In this document: piece after piece, positions 1 to 11,334 of the stretch | Numbering within the stretch: the first letter of the stretch is position 1 | Layout: the number at the start of each line of letters is the position of its first letter | DNA from: a bacterium | Lineage (GTDB): Bacteria > UBA8248 | NCBI GenBank assembly: GCA_963692865.2 | Contig: OY843592.1 | Location: forward strand, 896,001-960,000 | DNA: 64,000 nucleotides | Direction of reading: 5' to 3' | The notes under the pieces: model-generated | Told to the model about the DNA's origin: nothing | What the model saw: the letters and a program-made list of their open reading frames with translations, nothing else | Database searches by the model: none | Translations under genes and position numbers: made by a program

Positions 1-849
1 GGAGCGGATGAAATCCCGGGCGGTTCGGCGCGCGGGAAATCCGGCGATCGGCCCGAGGACCTGGAAGCGCCGACTCCCCGAAAAGGGCCGGACGAGGGGA
101 CGAGGAAGATAGCGGCGCCCGAGAAAAAAACCGCGCCCGCCAAGGCGAAGAACGCGCCCGCCAAGGCGAAGAAGAAAAAGGTCGCCGTCAGGAAGGTCAA
201 GAAGAAAACCCCGCGCAAAAAAGAAGTTCGGCGCATCCCGAAAAAGAAGCCCAGGAAGGTCGTGCGGAAAAAGAAAAAGCGCGACCGCGTTCGCGAAGCG
301 CGCCTCAAGCGGATACGCGATCGTAGAGAGCGCGCCAGGCGTTGGCGCAATCGTTTCAAGAAGAGCGCGAAGAAAAAGCCGATTCAAAAGAACAAGCAAC
401 CGCGCGATGACTGGAAGAGCGATGATCGCCTGGCGAAAGCGAACCTCGCGCCCAAGGCCCGCGCGCCCCGTAAGGGATACGCCGGCGAGGGGGGAGGCGA
501 CGGGCAGGGCGGCGGCAGCCGCGCGGGCGGCAGCGGCGGCGTCGCGCGAACGGATAAGGAGCGATACTATGGGCTTCTGGCGGAGCGCATTCGGGGTTTC
601 TGGACGGTGCCGCCCGGTATTGCAGATTTAATCCAGCTCAAGACCGATGTCGCGATAGACGTGGATCGAGGGGGGAATTACCGCAATTTGCGGGTCGTGC
701 GCTACAGCGGGAACCACATTTACGATCAGGCGGCGCTGCGCGCCGTGCAGCGGGCCGCCGAACCCTCCCTGCCCAAACCGCCCGATACGATCAAGGAAAA
801 CTGGCTTTTGCTCGGTTTCCGGTTCTGCGGAAGGGATTTTTGCCGTTGA
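1..849 (+). CDS. tolA: TolA/TonB-family protein, 5' part outside window
   Basis: Frame is open from base 1; Lys/Arg/Pro-rich linker, then a TonB_C-like C-terminus (IRGFWTVPP...SGNHIYDQAALRAV...LPKPP); directly upstream of tolB-pal-cpoB. Confidence 0.8.
   Translation, partial: GADEIPGGSARGKSGDRPEDLEAPTPRKGPDEGTRKIAAPEKKTAPAKAKNAPAKAKKKKVAVRKVKKKTPRKKEVRRIPKKKPRKVVRKKKKRDRVREARLKRIRDRRERARRWRNRFKKSAKKKPIQKNKQPRDDWKSDDRLAKANLAPKARAPRKGYAGEGGGDGQGGGSRAGGSGGVARTDKERYYGLLAERIRGFWTVPPGIADLIQLKTDVAIDVDRGGNYRNLRVVRYSGNHIYDQAALRAVQRAAEPSLPKPPDTIKENWLLLGFRFCGRDFCR
132..173 (+). repeat. 21-bp perfect tandem duplication inside the tolA linker
   Basis: CGCGCCCGCCAAGGCGAAGAA at 132-152 and 153-173. Confidence 0.9.
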
Positions 850-893
850 TGCGAGAAAAAATTCAGACCAGACCATACAAGCGGGGGAGCCGG

Positions 894-2198
894 ATGCTTC
901 CTCGGGCTGTCTTTCTCATCACCATGATTCTCTCATGGCCGCAAGGGGCGGAAGCTGCGCGCGAGTTCATCGACATCTATTCGCCCACGGCGAGAAAGAT
1001 TCGACTGGCCGTCCCGGAGTTTCGCCCCCTGGGCGGCGCGCGCGACCCGCTGGGGCTCAAGATAGCGCAAGTCATCGAGTCGGACCTCAGGCGCAGCGGT
1101 TTGTTCTTCATTCCCGACCGCAAGGGCTATCTGGAGAACCCCATGCGCGCGGGGATTCGAAGGGACGAACAGCGCTTCTCCGACTGGAGCAAGGTGGTCA
1201 AGGTGGAGGCCCTCATCAAGGGCGGCTACGAGATTTCGGGAAAAACCATCACGGCGGAGGTCTACCTGTACGATACGCTCCGCTCCGCCCAGGAGTTGGG
1301 CAAGCGGTACCGCTACCCCAAGAGCGGATGGCGCTTGCTGGCCCACCGGTTCGCCAACGCGGTGCTGGAGCGCTTCACGGGAGACAAGGGGGTGTTCGAC
1401 ACCCAGATCGCCTTCGTATCGAGGCGTTCGCTCAAAGAGCGCGGAGAGATATTCATCATGGACTGGGACGGCGCCGAACTCAGGCGCGTGACGCGCAACG
1501 GCATGGGAAACAACGCGCCCGCGTGGTCTCCGGACGGGAGATGGATGGCGTATTCATCGTTCAAGTCCAGGCCGCCCGGCGTGTTCTTGCTGCCCACGAA
1601 CGGGTCGCGCGAGTTCAAGGTGAGTTCTTCCCGCGCGCAGGCCATCGGAGGCGCTTTTTCTCCGAACTCACGCTATTTTGCGTTTTCCGAACTTGTGAGA
1701 CGAAACTATGAGATTTTCCGCTACGATTTGCGCACTCGCGTGAAGAGGAGGCTCACGCGGAGCTTTGGGATAGACGTATCTCCCACGTTCTCTCCGGACG
1801 GCAAAAAAATCGCATTTACGTCAAGCCGCTCGGGGAATCCCCATATTTACGTCATGAACGTGGACGGCTCCGGCCCGAAGCGCATCACGTTCAAGGGAAA
1901 ATACAACACCGAACCCGAGTGGAGCCCCCGGGGGGACAGAATCGCCTTGACGAGCCGCATCAAACGGGGAAAGGAAATAGATATCGCCACCATGAACGTC
2001 GACGGCACCGACCTTCGCCGCCTCACGGGCAGCCAGGGCCGCAACGAATCTCCCACCTGGTCTCCCGATGGCCGGCACATCGCTTTTTCCTCCGATCGGA
2101 GCGGCAGAAAATATGTATACGTGATGACCTCCGCCGGCACGCAACTCAAGCGGCTCCAACCCGGACAGGAACCCGCCTGGTCGCCCACATCGAAGTGA
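894..2198 (+). CDS. tolB: Tol-Pal beta-propeller protein TolB
   Basis: Signal peptide, TolB N-domain (IESDLRRSGLF, AHRFANAV, FDTQIAFV), repeated PD40 motifs (PAWSPDG, PTFSPDG, PEWSPRG); GGGGGAG RBS before ATG 894. Confidence 0.95.
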   Translation: MLPRAVFLITMILSWPQGAEAAREFIDIYSPTARKIRLAVPEFRPLGGARDPLGLKIAQVIESDLRRSGLFFIPDRKGYLENPMRAGIRRDEQRFSDWSKVVKVEALIKGGYEISGKTITAEVYLYDTLRSAQELGKRYRYPKSGWRLLAHRFANAVLERFTGDKGVFDTQIAFVSRRSLKERGEIFIMDWDGAELRRVTRNGMGNNAPAWSPDGRWMAYSSFKSRPPGVFLLPTNGSREFKVSSSRAQAIGGAFSPNSRYFAFSELVRRNYEIFRYDLRTRVKRRLTRSFGIDVSPTFSPDGKKIAFTSSRSGNPHIYVMNVDGSGPKRITFKGKYNTEPEWSPRGDRIALTSRIKRGKEIDIATMNVDGTDLRRLTGSQGRNESPTWSPDGRHIAFSSDRSGRKYVYVMTSAGTQLKRLQPGQEPAWSPTSK

Positions 2199-2244
2199 AA
2201 TTTTGAAAATCGGAAAATATCTATCTAAAAAACGAGAAACGGGC

Positions 2245-2273
2245 TTGCTCATCGCGCATTCGCCCTTTATACT
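2245..2273 (+). promoter_or_regulatory. Putative sigma70 promoter for pal
   Basis: TTGCTC-17 bp-TATACT. Confidence 0.55.
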
Positions 2274-2386
2274 TCGCCGATGTATGTCTGAGGATGGATG
2301 AAGAGGGGAAGAGTTTCCGCTCCGTGATATATCGCGCTTCTCACTCTGAACATAGACGAACTAGAGACTCCGAGGGGGATGTCTGC

Positions 2387-2977
2387 ATGTTTTTATCGGG
2401 CCGTGTTAAATCTTTTCAATCCTTGTTGATGACGGCGATGCTCGTCTTCGCCGTGGGTTGCGTGAAGCAAACGGTGGAAACCGAGGAACTGCCGCCGCCC
2501 AAACCGCCGGCTCCCATGGTGAGAAAAGCGCCACCTCCCAAACCCGTGAAAAAGGTCGAGAGGGATATGACGGAGGAGGAGCGTCGTCGCAAACGCGCCG
2601 CTTTCAAACGCTCGTTGGCCGAGTTTGAAAACGATCTGGTCTACTTCGATTTCGACAAATCGGATGTTCGCCCCGACATGCGCGCGACTCTGGATGCCAA
2701 GGCCCGCTTCCTGCAGGAGTTTCCCAGCATTCGGGTGCAAGTCGAGGGCCATTGCGACGAGCGCGGCACGGTGGAATACAACATCGCGCTCGGCCACAGG
2801 CGTTCGCAGAGTTCCAAGGATTATCTCGTCTCGCTCGGCGTCCAGGCTTCCCGGATCGATACGGTGAGTTACGGCGAGGAGCGCCCGGCGGATTCGCGCT
2901 CCAATGAGGCGGGATGGGCCAAGAACCGGCGAGCGAAGTTCAACGTCATCGGCGGTATTCCGGCGGGCATGAATTAG
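2387..2977 (+). CDS. pal: Peptidoglycan-associated lipoprotein Pal
   Basis: Lipobox AVGC; OmpA-like domain VYFDFDKS, EGHCDERGTVEYNIALG, VSYGEERP, AKNRRA. Confidence 0.97.
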   Translation: MFLSGRVKSFQSLLMTAMLVFAVGCVKQTVETEELPPPKPPAPMVRKAPPPKPVKKVERDMTEEERRRKRAAFKRSLAEFENDLVYFDFDKSDVRPDMRATLDAKARFLQEFPSIRVQVEGHCDERGTVEYNIALGHRRSQSSKDYLVSLGVQASRIDTVSYGEERPADSRSNEAGWAKNRRAKFNVIGGIPAGMN

Positions 2978-3007
2978 TCGTCCGACTGTCCAACGCGAGC
3001 GAAAAGG

Positions 3008-3042
3008 ACTCCCCGTCGGCGCCAGCCGCCGGGGAGTTTTTC
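3008..3042 (+). terminator. Intrinsic terminator-like hairpin after pal
   Basis: ACTCCCCG-TCGGC-GCCA-GCCG-CC-GGGGAGT followed by a T run. Confidence 0.6.
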
Positions 3043-3045
3043 TTC

Positions 3046-4056
3046 ATGAATACTTTCAAAGCATCCAGACTCAGGTTTTTCTCGCTGGTGGCGCTGTCTT
3101 TTGCTTTGCTCGGTTGTCCCGAGGTCGATTCTCCGGTGGGTGGCCCGGGCGGAGGAGTCGTCCCGGGAACGGGTTCGCCGCCGCGCCCCGCGCCGCCCTC
3201 TCGAATCGTTGCGCAAAGACCGCCGGTCGATGTTTCGGCGATCGAGAAGAATCTGCAAGGGCTCAGGCGCGGGATGCGGAACCAGGAGCAGCGCATCGAG
3301 GAGGCGCGCGAAGCGATTCAGGGGATCACGGACGAGGTCGAGCGCGCGCGGAAGGATTCCGAAAAATCTCTCGAAGAAGCCGGGAAGATCATCGCGAAGC
3401 TTCAGGAGCGAATCGAAAAGCTCGAAAATGAGGTGAGCCGGTTGCGTTCGAAGCCTCCCGTGGAGGCGGCGCAGAAAAAAGTGGAGGTTGTCGTCACGGC
3501 GGCGGGCGCGCCGTCTCGGATGCCGCCCGTAGGCCTTCCTCCCGCCGATGGGCGAATCGCGTCCGCAGGCTTGCCGCACAGCCGGGATGCTCAGGCCGTG
3601 GGCGTTCCTGCTCCGGACGCGCGGGTCGCCGTTATTCCCAAAGAGCCGGCGAACCAGCCTCAAAAGCCTGCGCCGATGCCTCCCGATCCCGAAGAGGACT
3701 ATACCCGGGCCATCCGCGTCTTGCGCGATGAGAGAAGTTTCGCGAAGGCGCGCGGCTTGCTGAACGGGTTCATCTCCAGGTACCCCACGCATGAACTGGC
3801 GGATGACGCGCAGTACTGGATAGGGCAGTCCTATTTCGAGGAGAAGAATTTCGAGCGCGCCATCCTGGCGTTCAACAAGGTGCAGGTCGATTACGCCAAT
3901 GGGGACAAGGCGCCGGAGGCCCTTCTTCTGGAGGCGCTCTCGTTTTTGAACCTGGGCGACCGCCCAAGCGCCAGGGAACTGCTCGGCCGCGTGATTGACA
4001 AGTACCCGGATTCGAACGCGGCGGCCACCGCCCGCGAGCGCCTCGAATCGCTCTAG
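3046..4056 (+). CDS. cpoB: Tol-Pal system protein CpoB/YbgF (lipoprotein, coiled coil, TPR)
   Basis: Lipobox LLGC, coiled coil, C-terminal TPR (YPTHELADDAQYWIGQSYF...KAPEALL...YPDS); follows pal. Confidence 0.88.
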   Translation: MNTFKASRLRFFSLVALSFALLGCPEVDSPVGGPGGGVVPGTGSPPRPAPPSRIVAQRPPVDVSAIEKNLQGLRRGMRNQEQRIEEAREAIQGITDEVERARKDSEKSLEEAGKIIAKLQERIEKLENEVSRLRSKPPVEAAQKKVEVVVTAAGAPSRMPPVGLPPADGRIASAGLPHSRDAQAVGVPAPDARVAVIPKEPANQPQKPAPMPPDPEEDYTRAIRVLRDERSFAKARGLLNGFISRYPTHELADDAQYWIGQSYFEEKNFERAILAFNKVQVDYANGDKAPEALLLEALSFLNLGDRPSARELLGRVIDKYPDSNAAATARERLESL

Positions 4057-4067
4057 GTGTTTCCTGA

Positions 4068-6155
<2,088 letters not shown>

Positions 6156-6243
6156 CCTTCGTTTGTTGCTTTTCCTATGATCAAGGTCAAATGTCACGTA
6201 TTCACATGCAGCGATACATCTTTTTTCTCATGGAAACCTTCTG

Positions 6244-7125
6244 ATGAGCCGGGTTCGCAAGGCCGTTTTTCCTGTGGCGGGGCTCGGCACGCGGTTTTTG
6301 CCCGCCACCAAGGTGATCCCGAAAGAGATGCTTCCCATCGTGGACATCCCGCAAATCCAAATCGGCGTACAGGAGGCGCTCGACGCCGGCATCGAGGAGA
6401 TCGTCTTCGTTACCGGGCGCGGGAAGGTCTCGATGGTGGACCACTTCGACGTCGCCTTCGAGGTGGAATCCTACCTGCGCGACAGGGGCGAGGAGAGGCT
6501 GTTGGCCGTGGTGGAGGAGATCTCGCAAAAAGCGCGCATCACGTCCATCCGCCAGAAGCGTCCGCTGGGTTTGGGTCATGCGATCCTGTGCGCGAAGCCG
6601 GCCGTGGGAGATGAGCCTTTCGCCGTCATATTGTCCGATGACGTCATCAAGAGCGAAGAGCCCGCCATCGGCCAGCTGGCGCGCGTGTTCGATGCGCATG
6701 GCGGCGGCGTGGTCGCGGGGCTGCGGGTCGAAAAGCGCGCGCTCTCCAAATACGGCGTCATCGAGCCTTCCGGCGAACCGCCGCCCGCCCCGGGCGTCAC
6801 GCCGCTCAAGGGGATGGTCGAAAAACCAGAGCCGGAAGATGCGCCCTCGGACGTCGCCATCATCGGGCGCTACGTTTTGCCTCCCGAGATTTTCGAGGTG
6901 CTCGAACGCATGAAGCCGGATGCAAAGGGAGAGATTCAGCTCACAGACGGGTTGCGGGGACTGCTGGAGCACGCCAGGCTTTACGCCTATGAGTACGAGG
7001 GAAAACGCTTTGACGCGGGTGATAAGCTGGGCTTTTTGGAGGCGACGGTCGAGTTCGCTCTGGAGCGCGAGGACATCGGCCCCGCATTTCGCAATTATTT
7101 AAGGAGATTGACAGACTCATGGTAG
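6244..7125 (+). CDS. galU: UTP--glucose-1-phosphate uridylyltransferase
   Basis: KAVFPVAGLGTRFLPATKVIPKEMLP, LGLGHAI, VEKP, EIQLTD. Confidence 0.96.
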   Translation: MSRVRKAVFPVAGLGTRFLPATKVIPKEMLPIVDIPQIQIGVQEALDAGIEEIVFVTGRGKVSMVDHFDVAFEVESYLRDRGEERLLAVVEEISQKARITSIRQKRPLGLGHAILCAKPAVGDEPFAVILSDDVIKSEEPAIGQLARVFDAHGGGVVAGLRVEKRALSKYGVIEPSGEPPPAPGVTPLKGMVEKPEPEDAPSDVAIIGRYVLPPEIFEVLERMKPDAKGEIQLTDGLRGLLEHARLYAYEYEGKRFDAGDKLGFLEATVEFALEREDIGPAFRNYLRRLTDSW

Positions 7126-7201
7126 CGGAAGAACCTGCGCCTGACCCCGAACCTCCGGGGCGGATACCTTTTCATCACAATCGGCCGGGAGGCATGGACT
7201 G

Positions 7202-8473
7202 ATGGATGCCGACCTGCTCTTCCGGCTCGCCGCCTTCGTCTTCCTCATGCTCTGCTCCGCCGGATTCTCGGCCAGCGAAACGGCCCTTTTCTCCCTTCCG
7301 CGCCCCAGGGTGCGCGCCATGCGCCGGGAAGGCGGCGCGGGTGAACGGGTGTCCGGCCTTCTGGACAGGCCCAGGCGGCTGATTACCTCCATATTGATGG
7401 GCAACGAAATCGTGAACATCGCCTCCTCCGCGCTGTTCACGGGCGTCGTGGTGGCTTATCTGGAACCCGGCAAGAGGTGGCTCGCCCCCGTGTTCATGAC
7501 GCCGCTCTTGATGATATTCGGCGAGATCACGCCCAAATCCCTGGCGGCCCGGTATCCGGAGCGGTTCTCGCGATTCCTGGCGCATCCCATATCTCTCTTC
7601 GCGCGCATTATCTCTCCTTTGCGATGGGTCTTTTTACAGGTGGCGAACGGCGTGCTCACCCTCTTGCGCGCGCCCTCGCACGACCCGCAGAGCATACTGA
7701 TGGAAGACGAATTCCTTCACCTCGTGGACGCGGGCCATGCCGAAGGCGAACTCGAAGAGGGCGAGCGCGAGCTCATTCACAACGTGTTCGGCTTTCACGA
7801 CAGAACCGTGTCCGACGTGGCCGTGCCGCGTACTGATCTGGAATGCTGGGAGATGGATCTGCCCGTCGCCGAGGTGATAGAGCGCGTCCGCACGGCGACG
7901 CACTCGCGCATTCCGATTTTCCAGCGAGACCGGGATCAGATAGTGGGCATCTTGTACGTCAAGGACTTTCTGCGCCAGACGCGGCGAAGAAACTTCGGCC
8001 CGGAGGAGCGTCTGACGAAACAGATGCTGCGCGCTCCCCTCATCGTTCCGGGCGGAATAAAGCTCGACCGCCTGTTCCGGCGGTTCCGGCACGAACGCAC
8101 CCACGTCGCCATCGTTCAGGACGAGTTCGGCGGCACCCTCGGCCTGGTGTCGATGACGGATCTGCTCGAGGAGATTTTCGGCGAGATCAAGGACGAGCAC
8201 GAAGAAGTCGAGGAGGCCTGGATCGAGCAGGAAAACGAGGAGTCATACCTGTGCCAGGGCCGCGTTCCCCTGGCCGAATTCTCGGCGGTGAGCGGCTGGG
8301 AACTCCCCGACTACGAGGAGGCGAACACGCTGGGCGGCGTGGTCTTCACGATGCTGGGCCATGTGCCTTCGGTGAACGAGCGGGTCCGGCTGGGAAGCGT
8401 GGAGTTCACGGTGACCGAGACGAGCGGTTCCCGCGTCCTGCAGGTGCGCGCGCGAAGACGGGAGGATTCCTGA
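7202..8473 (+). CDS. CNNM/CorC (hemolysin-family) membrane protein with CBS pair
   Basis: FSASETALFSL, FGEITPK, HSRIP, DEFGGTLGLVSMTDLLEEIFGEIKDE, CorC_HlyC C-terminus. Confidence 0.92.
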   Translation: MDADLLFRLAAFVFLMLCSAGFSASETALFSLPRPRVRAMRREGGAGERVSGLLDRPRRLITSILMGNEIVNIASSALFTGVVVAYLEPGKRWLAPVFMTPLLMIFGEITPKSLAARYPERFSRFLAHPISLFARIISPLRWVFLQVANGVLTLLRAPSHDPQSILMEDEFLHLVDAGHAEGELEEGERELIHNVFGFHDRTVSDVAVPRTDLECWEMDLPVAEVIERVRTATHSRIPIFQRDRDQIVGILYVKDFLRQTRRRNFGPEERLTKQMLRAPLIVPGGIKLDRLFRRFRHERTHVAIVQDEFGGTLGLVSMTDLLEEIFGEIKDEHEEVEEAWIEQENEESYLCQGRVPLAEFSAVSGWELPDYEEANTLGGVVFTMLGHVPSVNERVRLGSVEFTVTETSGSRVLQVRARRREDS

Positions 8474-8474
8474 A

Positions 8475-9725
8475 TTGGATATTTTCACCGTCATCGTCGT
8501 CGGTTTCTTCCTCCTTCTGGCGGAGGCGTTGTTCTCGGGCGCGGAGATAGCCATCGTTTCCGCGGATCGCGCCCGCCTGCGGGCCAAGGCGGAGGGCGGG
8601 AACAAGGGCGCTCATATCGCGTTGCAACTGCTGGAGAAACCCGAATGGCTCATGGGCACGATTCTCACCTGCCATAACGCGAGTTTCGTAACGAACGTCT
8701 CCCTGGCCACCATAGCGGCCATCAATTTCGTCGGTCCCGCATACGGCGAAATCCTTTCGGTCGTCCTCGTGATTCCGCTCCTCGTGGTGTTCGGCGAGGT
8801 GGTTCCCAAGGGCTATTGCCAGGCCCGCGCCGACGCGCTCGCACCTATGCTGGCGCGCGTCGTCTGGGGCGCCAGGGTGATCGTGTATCCCCTGGTGTGG
8901 CTCATCAGCGCGCTTATCGGCGCCGTTTTGGGGCTGAGAAGGCGCAATGGCGAGAGCACCCCTTTCGTCACGCGGCAGGAACTCGAATCGCTGGTGGAGG
9001 AGCAAAGCGACGGAGACGTGCAGGTTCTCGAACGCCAGATGATCGGCCGCATCTTCACGTTCGGCGAGTTGGACATGGAGAACGTGCTCGTGCCCATCGT
9101 GGACCTCTCGGCGGTGGATGAGGAAGGCACGGTGGAGGAGGTGATCCAGCGAATCGAGGACGACGGCCACTCGAGGATTCTGATCTACAGTGAAAACCTG
9201 CACCACATCGTCGGCGTCGTCCACGCGAGGGACATTATCGGCCTGGGGCCCGACGCCGCGGGACGATTGAAGGACAAGGATGACCTCATTCGAAGCGCTT
9301 ATTTCGTGCCGGAGACGAAACCGGCCGACAGTCTTCTCGATGAGTTGATGAGCCGAAAGGACAAGATGGCCGTCGTGGTGGATGAATACGGCGCCTGCAC
9401 CGGCATCGTGACGATGGAGGACCTGGTGGAGGAGATCGTGGGCGACATCGCCGATGAATACGACGTCGACGAAATCCGCCGGTTCCACAAGCTGGGTGAG
9501 GCGCATTACATCGTCGATGCCCGCATGGAGGTCGAGGACGTGCGCGAGACGCTGGAGTTGCCCTTGCCCGACGGGGACTACGAGACGTTGTCGGGCTATC
9601 TTCTGGGACGGTTCGAGCGCATCCCGAAAGAGGGTGAGAGCGTATCCCTGGAGGAGTGGACCCTCACCGTGGAATCGGCGAACGAGCGGCAGATAGAGAC
9701 CGTTCGCTTGGAGCGAAACGACTAG
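8475..9725 (+). CDS. Second CNNM/CorC (hemolysin-family) protein
   Basis: FSGAEIA, FGEVVPK, DEYGACTGIVTMEDLVEEIVGDIADE; TTG start right after the paralog's stop. Confidence 0.9.
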   Translation: MDIFTVIVVGFFLLLAEALFSGAEIAIVSADRARLRAKAEGGNKGAHIALQLLEKPEWLMGTILTCHNASFVTNVSLATIAAINFVGPAYGEILSVVLVIPLLVVFGEVVPKGYCQARADALAPMLARVVWGARVIVYPLVWLISALIGAVLGLRRRNGESTPFVTRQELESLVEEQSDGDVQVLERQMIGRIFTFGELDMENVLVPIVDLSAVDEEGTVEEVIQRIEDDGHSRILIYSENLHHIVGVVHARDIIGLGPDAAGRLKDKDDLIRSAYFVPETKPADSLLDELMSRKDKMAVVVDEYGACTGIVTMEDLVEEIVGDIADEYDVDEIRRFHKLGEAHYIVDARMEVEDVRETLELPLPDGDYETLSGYLLGRFERIPKEGESVSLEEWTLTVESANERQIETVRLERND

Positions 9726-10193
9726 GAGTTGTTGAAAAGTCCTGAACTCGTGATTCGGCGTATGCAAACAACCCGGGAGGGCGTGGTAGCGGACGGGCCC
9801 CTGCGCCTGTCCGGGGCCGTAGCCCGTCCTTTCGAGGGGGTTCGGTTTTGTTTGTCATTCCGGCGTCGGAACCGGCCGGGGAGGGAGGTCGAACCCGATT
9901 GACGAATGAGGGTTCGGCGCGACTGACGAGAAGCAAGAAAACCACTCCCCCCTTGGGGGGGAGTCAGTGAGCTGAGGGCGTAAGCCCGAAAGCGAACTGG
10001 TGGGGGGTATAATTCGGAATGGCAATAAAACGCATTTTTACCCCCCACCGGTTCAGCCTTCGCACAAAACGCTCGGCTTCACCGTCGGGCATTCCCCTCG
10101 GGATGCCCGACCCTCAAGGGGGGAGTGGTTGTTGGGCGCTCTGCAAGGGGAGAATGTATGGGCCCGGCCCGTAACAGGCTTTTCAACAACCCC
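9725..10193. mobile_element. TIR-bounded non-autonomous composite repeat (MITE-like), copy A
   Basis: Ends GGAGTTGTTGAAAAG / CTTTTCAACAACCCC; interior has a GTAG REP (9786-9813), a truncated GTCATTCCGGCG (9854), a GGTCGAACCC hairpin (9887-9916) and a CACTCCCCCC module (9940-10130). Confidence 0.75.
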
Positions 10194-10257
10194 GTACGGC
10201 TGGCGCGTGGCGCGCTCTCGATGGCGCGAAAACGATTTTTTCGGCGGATGAGTTCCG

Positions 10258-11322
10258 CTAGATGGTTTCGGGCGGCTCGACGCCCAGCCAGCCGCCTATC
10301 ATCTCGAGCGCCTCCCACTGGCTGGCTTCATAGGGGATGCCGTTTTTCTCAGCGTCCGCTTTTTTGCGCGCCTCGCGCTCTCCCGGAAGGAGCATCTCCG
10401 GCCCCCCGCAGCTTTTGATGTCCCGCACCGCATCGGCCAGACGCTTTTTCGCGTCCTCCATTGGATATAGCGCGTCCAGCCTCCAGGCCTCAATCGTCTG
10501 GGTGATGCGGGCGTCGGGCCGGACGCGCAGTGTCGGAATATGCCGCGTCGAGCCGCCGCCGATGACGCCGTCCAGATCCACCAGAACGGCGAGACCGGAG
10601 CCCTTGTAGCCGAAATGCGTTCCTCCCAGGGGGAGAACGGAACCTTTGAGTAATTCGTCATACGGCACGTGGCCGGAAATGACCTCTCCGTTCTCATCAA
10701 GAAAATAATCGTCCGGTATCGCCTCTCCCGCGCGGCTGGCGCGAATGGCGGGGCTCACGGCGCGCTGCGTGGTGGCCACGTCGATGACGACGGCCCGATC
10801 CCCCGCGGGCACTCCCCAGGCGATGGGGTTCGTGCCCAGCCGAATCCTGTTTCCGCCGAAAGGCTTCATCCACGCGCCGGAGGTGCACGTGGCGCGGCCG
10901 GCGAGACCCCGTTCGGTGAGCGCCTCCACGTACACGCACGCCGCCCCGAAGTGATTCGCGTTGTGCACATAGACCTTTCCGATGCCGTATTCTTCCGCCA
11001 AATCGCCCGCGAGGCGCGTCGCGTCCATCGCCGCCGCCGGGCCGATGCCGGCTTGCGCGTCCATGGCGGCGACGGCCCGGTTTTCGTTTCGCTCGATAAT
11101 CGGCGTGGCTTTGGGGTCGATGGCGTCTTTCTGAATGCGCTCGACGAGTTCGCGCAAGCCCGTCCCGCCCGCCACGCCGTGGCTCGATATTCCGCGCATG
11201 TCCGCCGCCGCGAGGATTTCCGCCGTCACCCTGGCGCGTTCCTCGCAGGCTCCCAGGGCCATGATGCATTTCGTGGCGAAACGCACGAGCGCTTCTTCGG
11301 AAATTCGTTTCGTTTCACTCAT
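10258..11322 (-). CDS. Ldh_2 family oxidoreductase (malate/L-lactate/sulfolactate dehydrogenase-like)
   Basis: ADMRGISSHG, NHFG, LGTNPIA, GYKGSGL, LPGERE. Confidence 0.88.
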   Translation of the reverse strand: MSETKRISEEALVRFATKCIMALGACEERARVTAEILAAADMRGISSHGVAGGTGLRELVERIQKDAIDPKATPIIERNENRAVAAMDAQAGIGPAAAMDATRLAGDLAEEYGIGKVYVHNANHFGAACVYVEALTERGLAGRATCTSGAWMKPFGGNRIRLGTNPIAWGVPAGDRAVVIDVATTQRAVSPAIRASRAGEAIPDDYFLDENGEVISGHVPYDELLKGSVLPLGGTHFGYKGSGLAVLVDLDGVIGGGSTRHIPTLRVRPDARITQTIEAWRLDALYPMEDAKKRLADAVRDIKSCGGPEMLLPGEREARKKADAEKNGIPYEASQWEALEMIGGWLGVEPPETI

Positions 11323-11334
11323 GTAGATGGATTC

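Noticed and set aside
9664-10318. Short ORFs over the repeat loci (also about 16956-17364, 23437-24126, 41037-41567, 49097-49996 and 59187-59441)
   Set aside because: They are translations of palindromic repeats and TIRs (recurring FFNNP, LLKN, VIPA, WIPAFAGMT strings) with no transposase motifs
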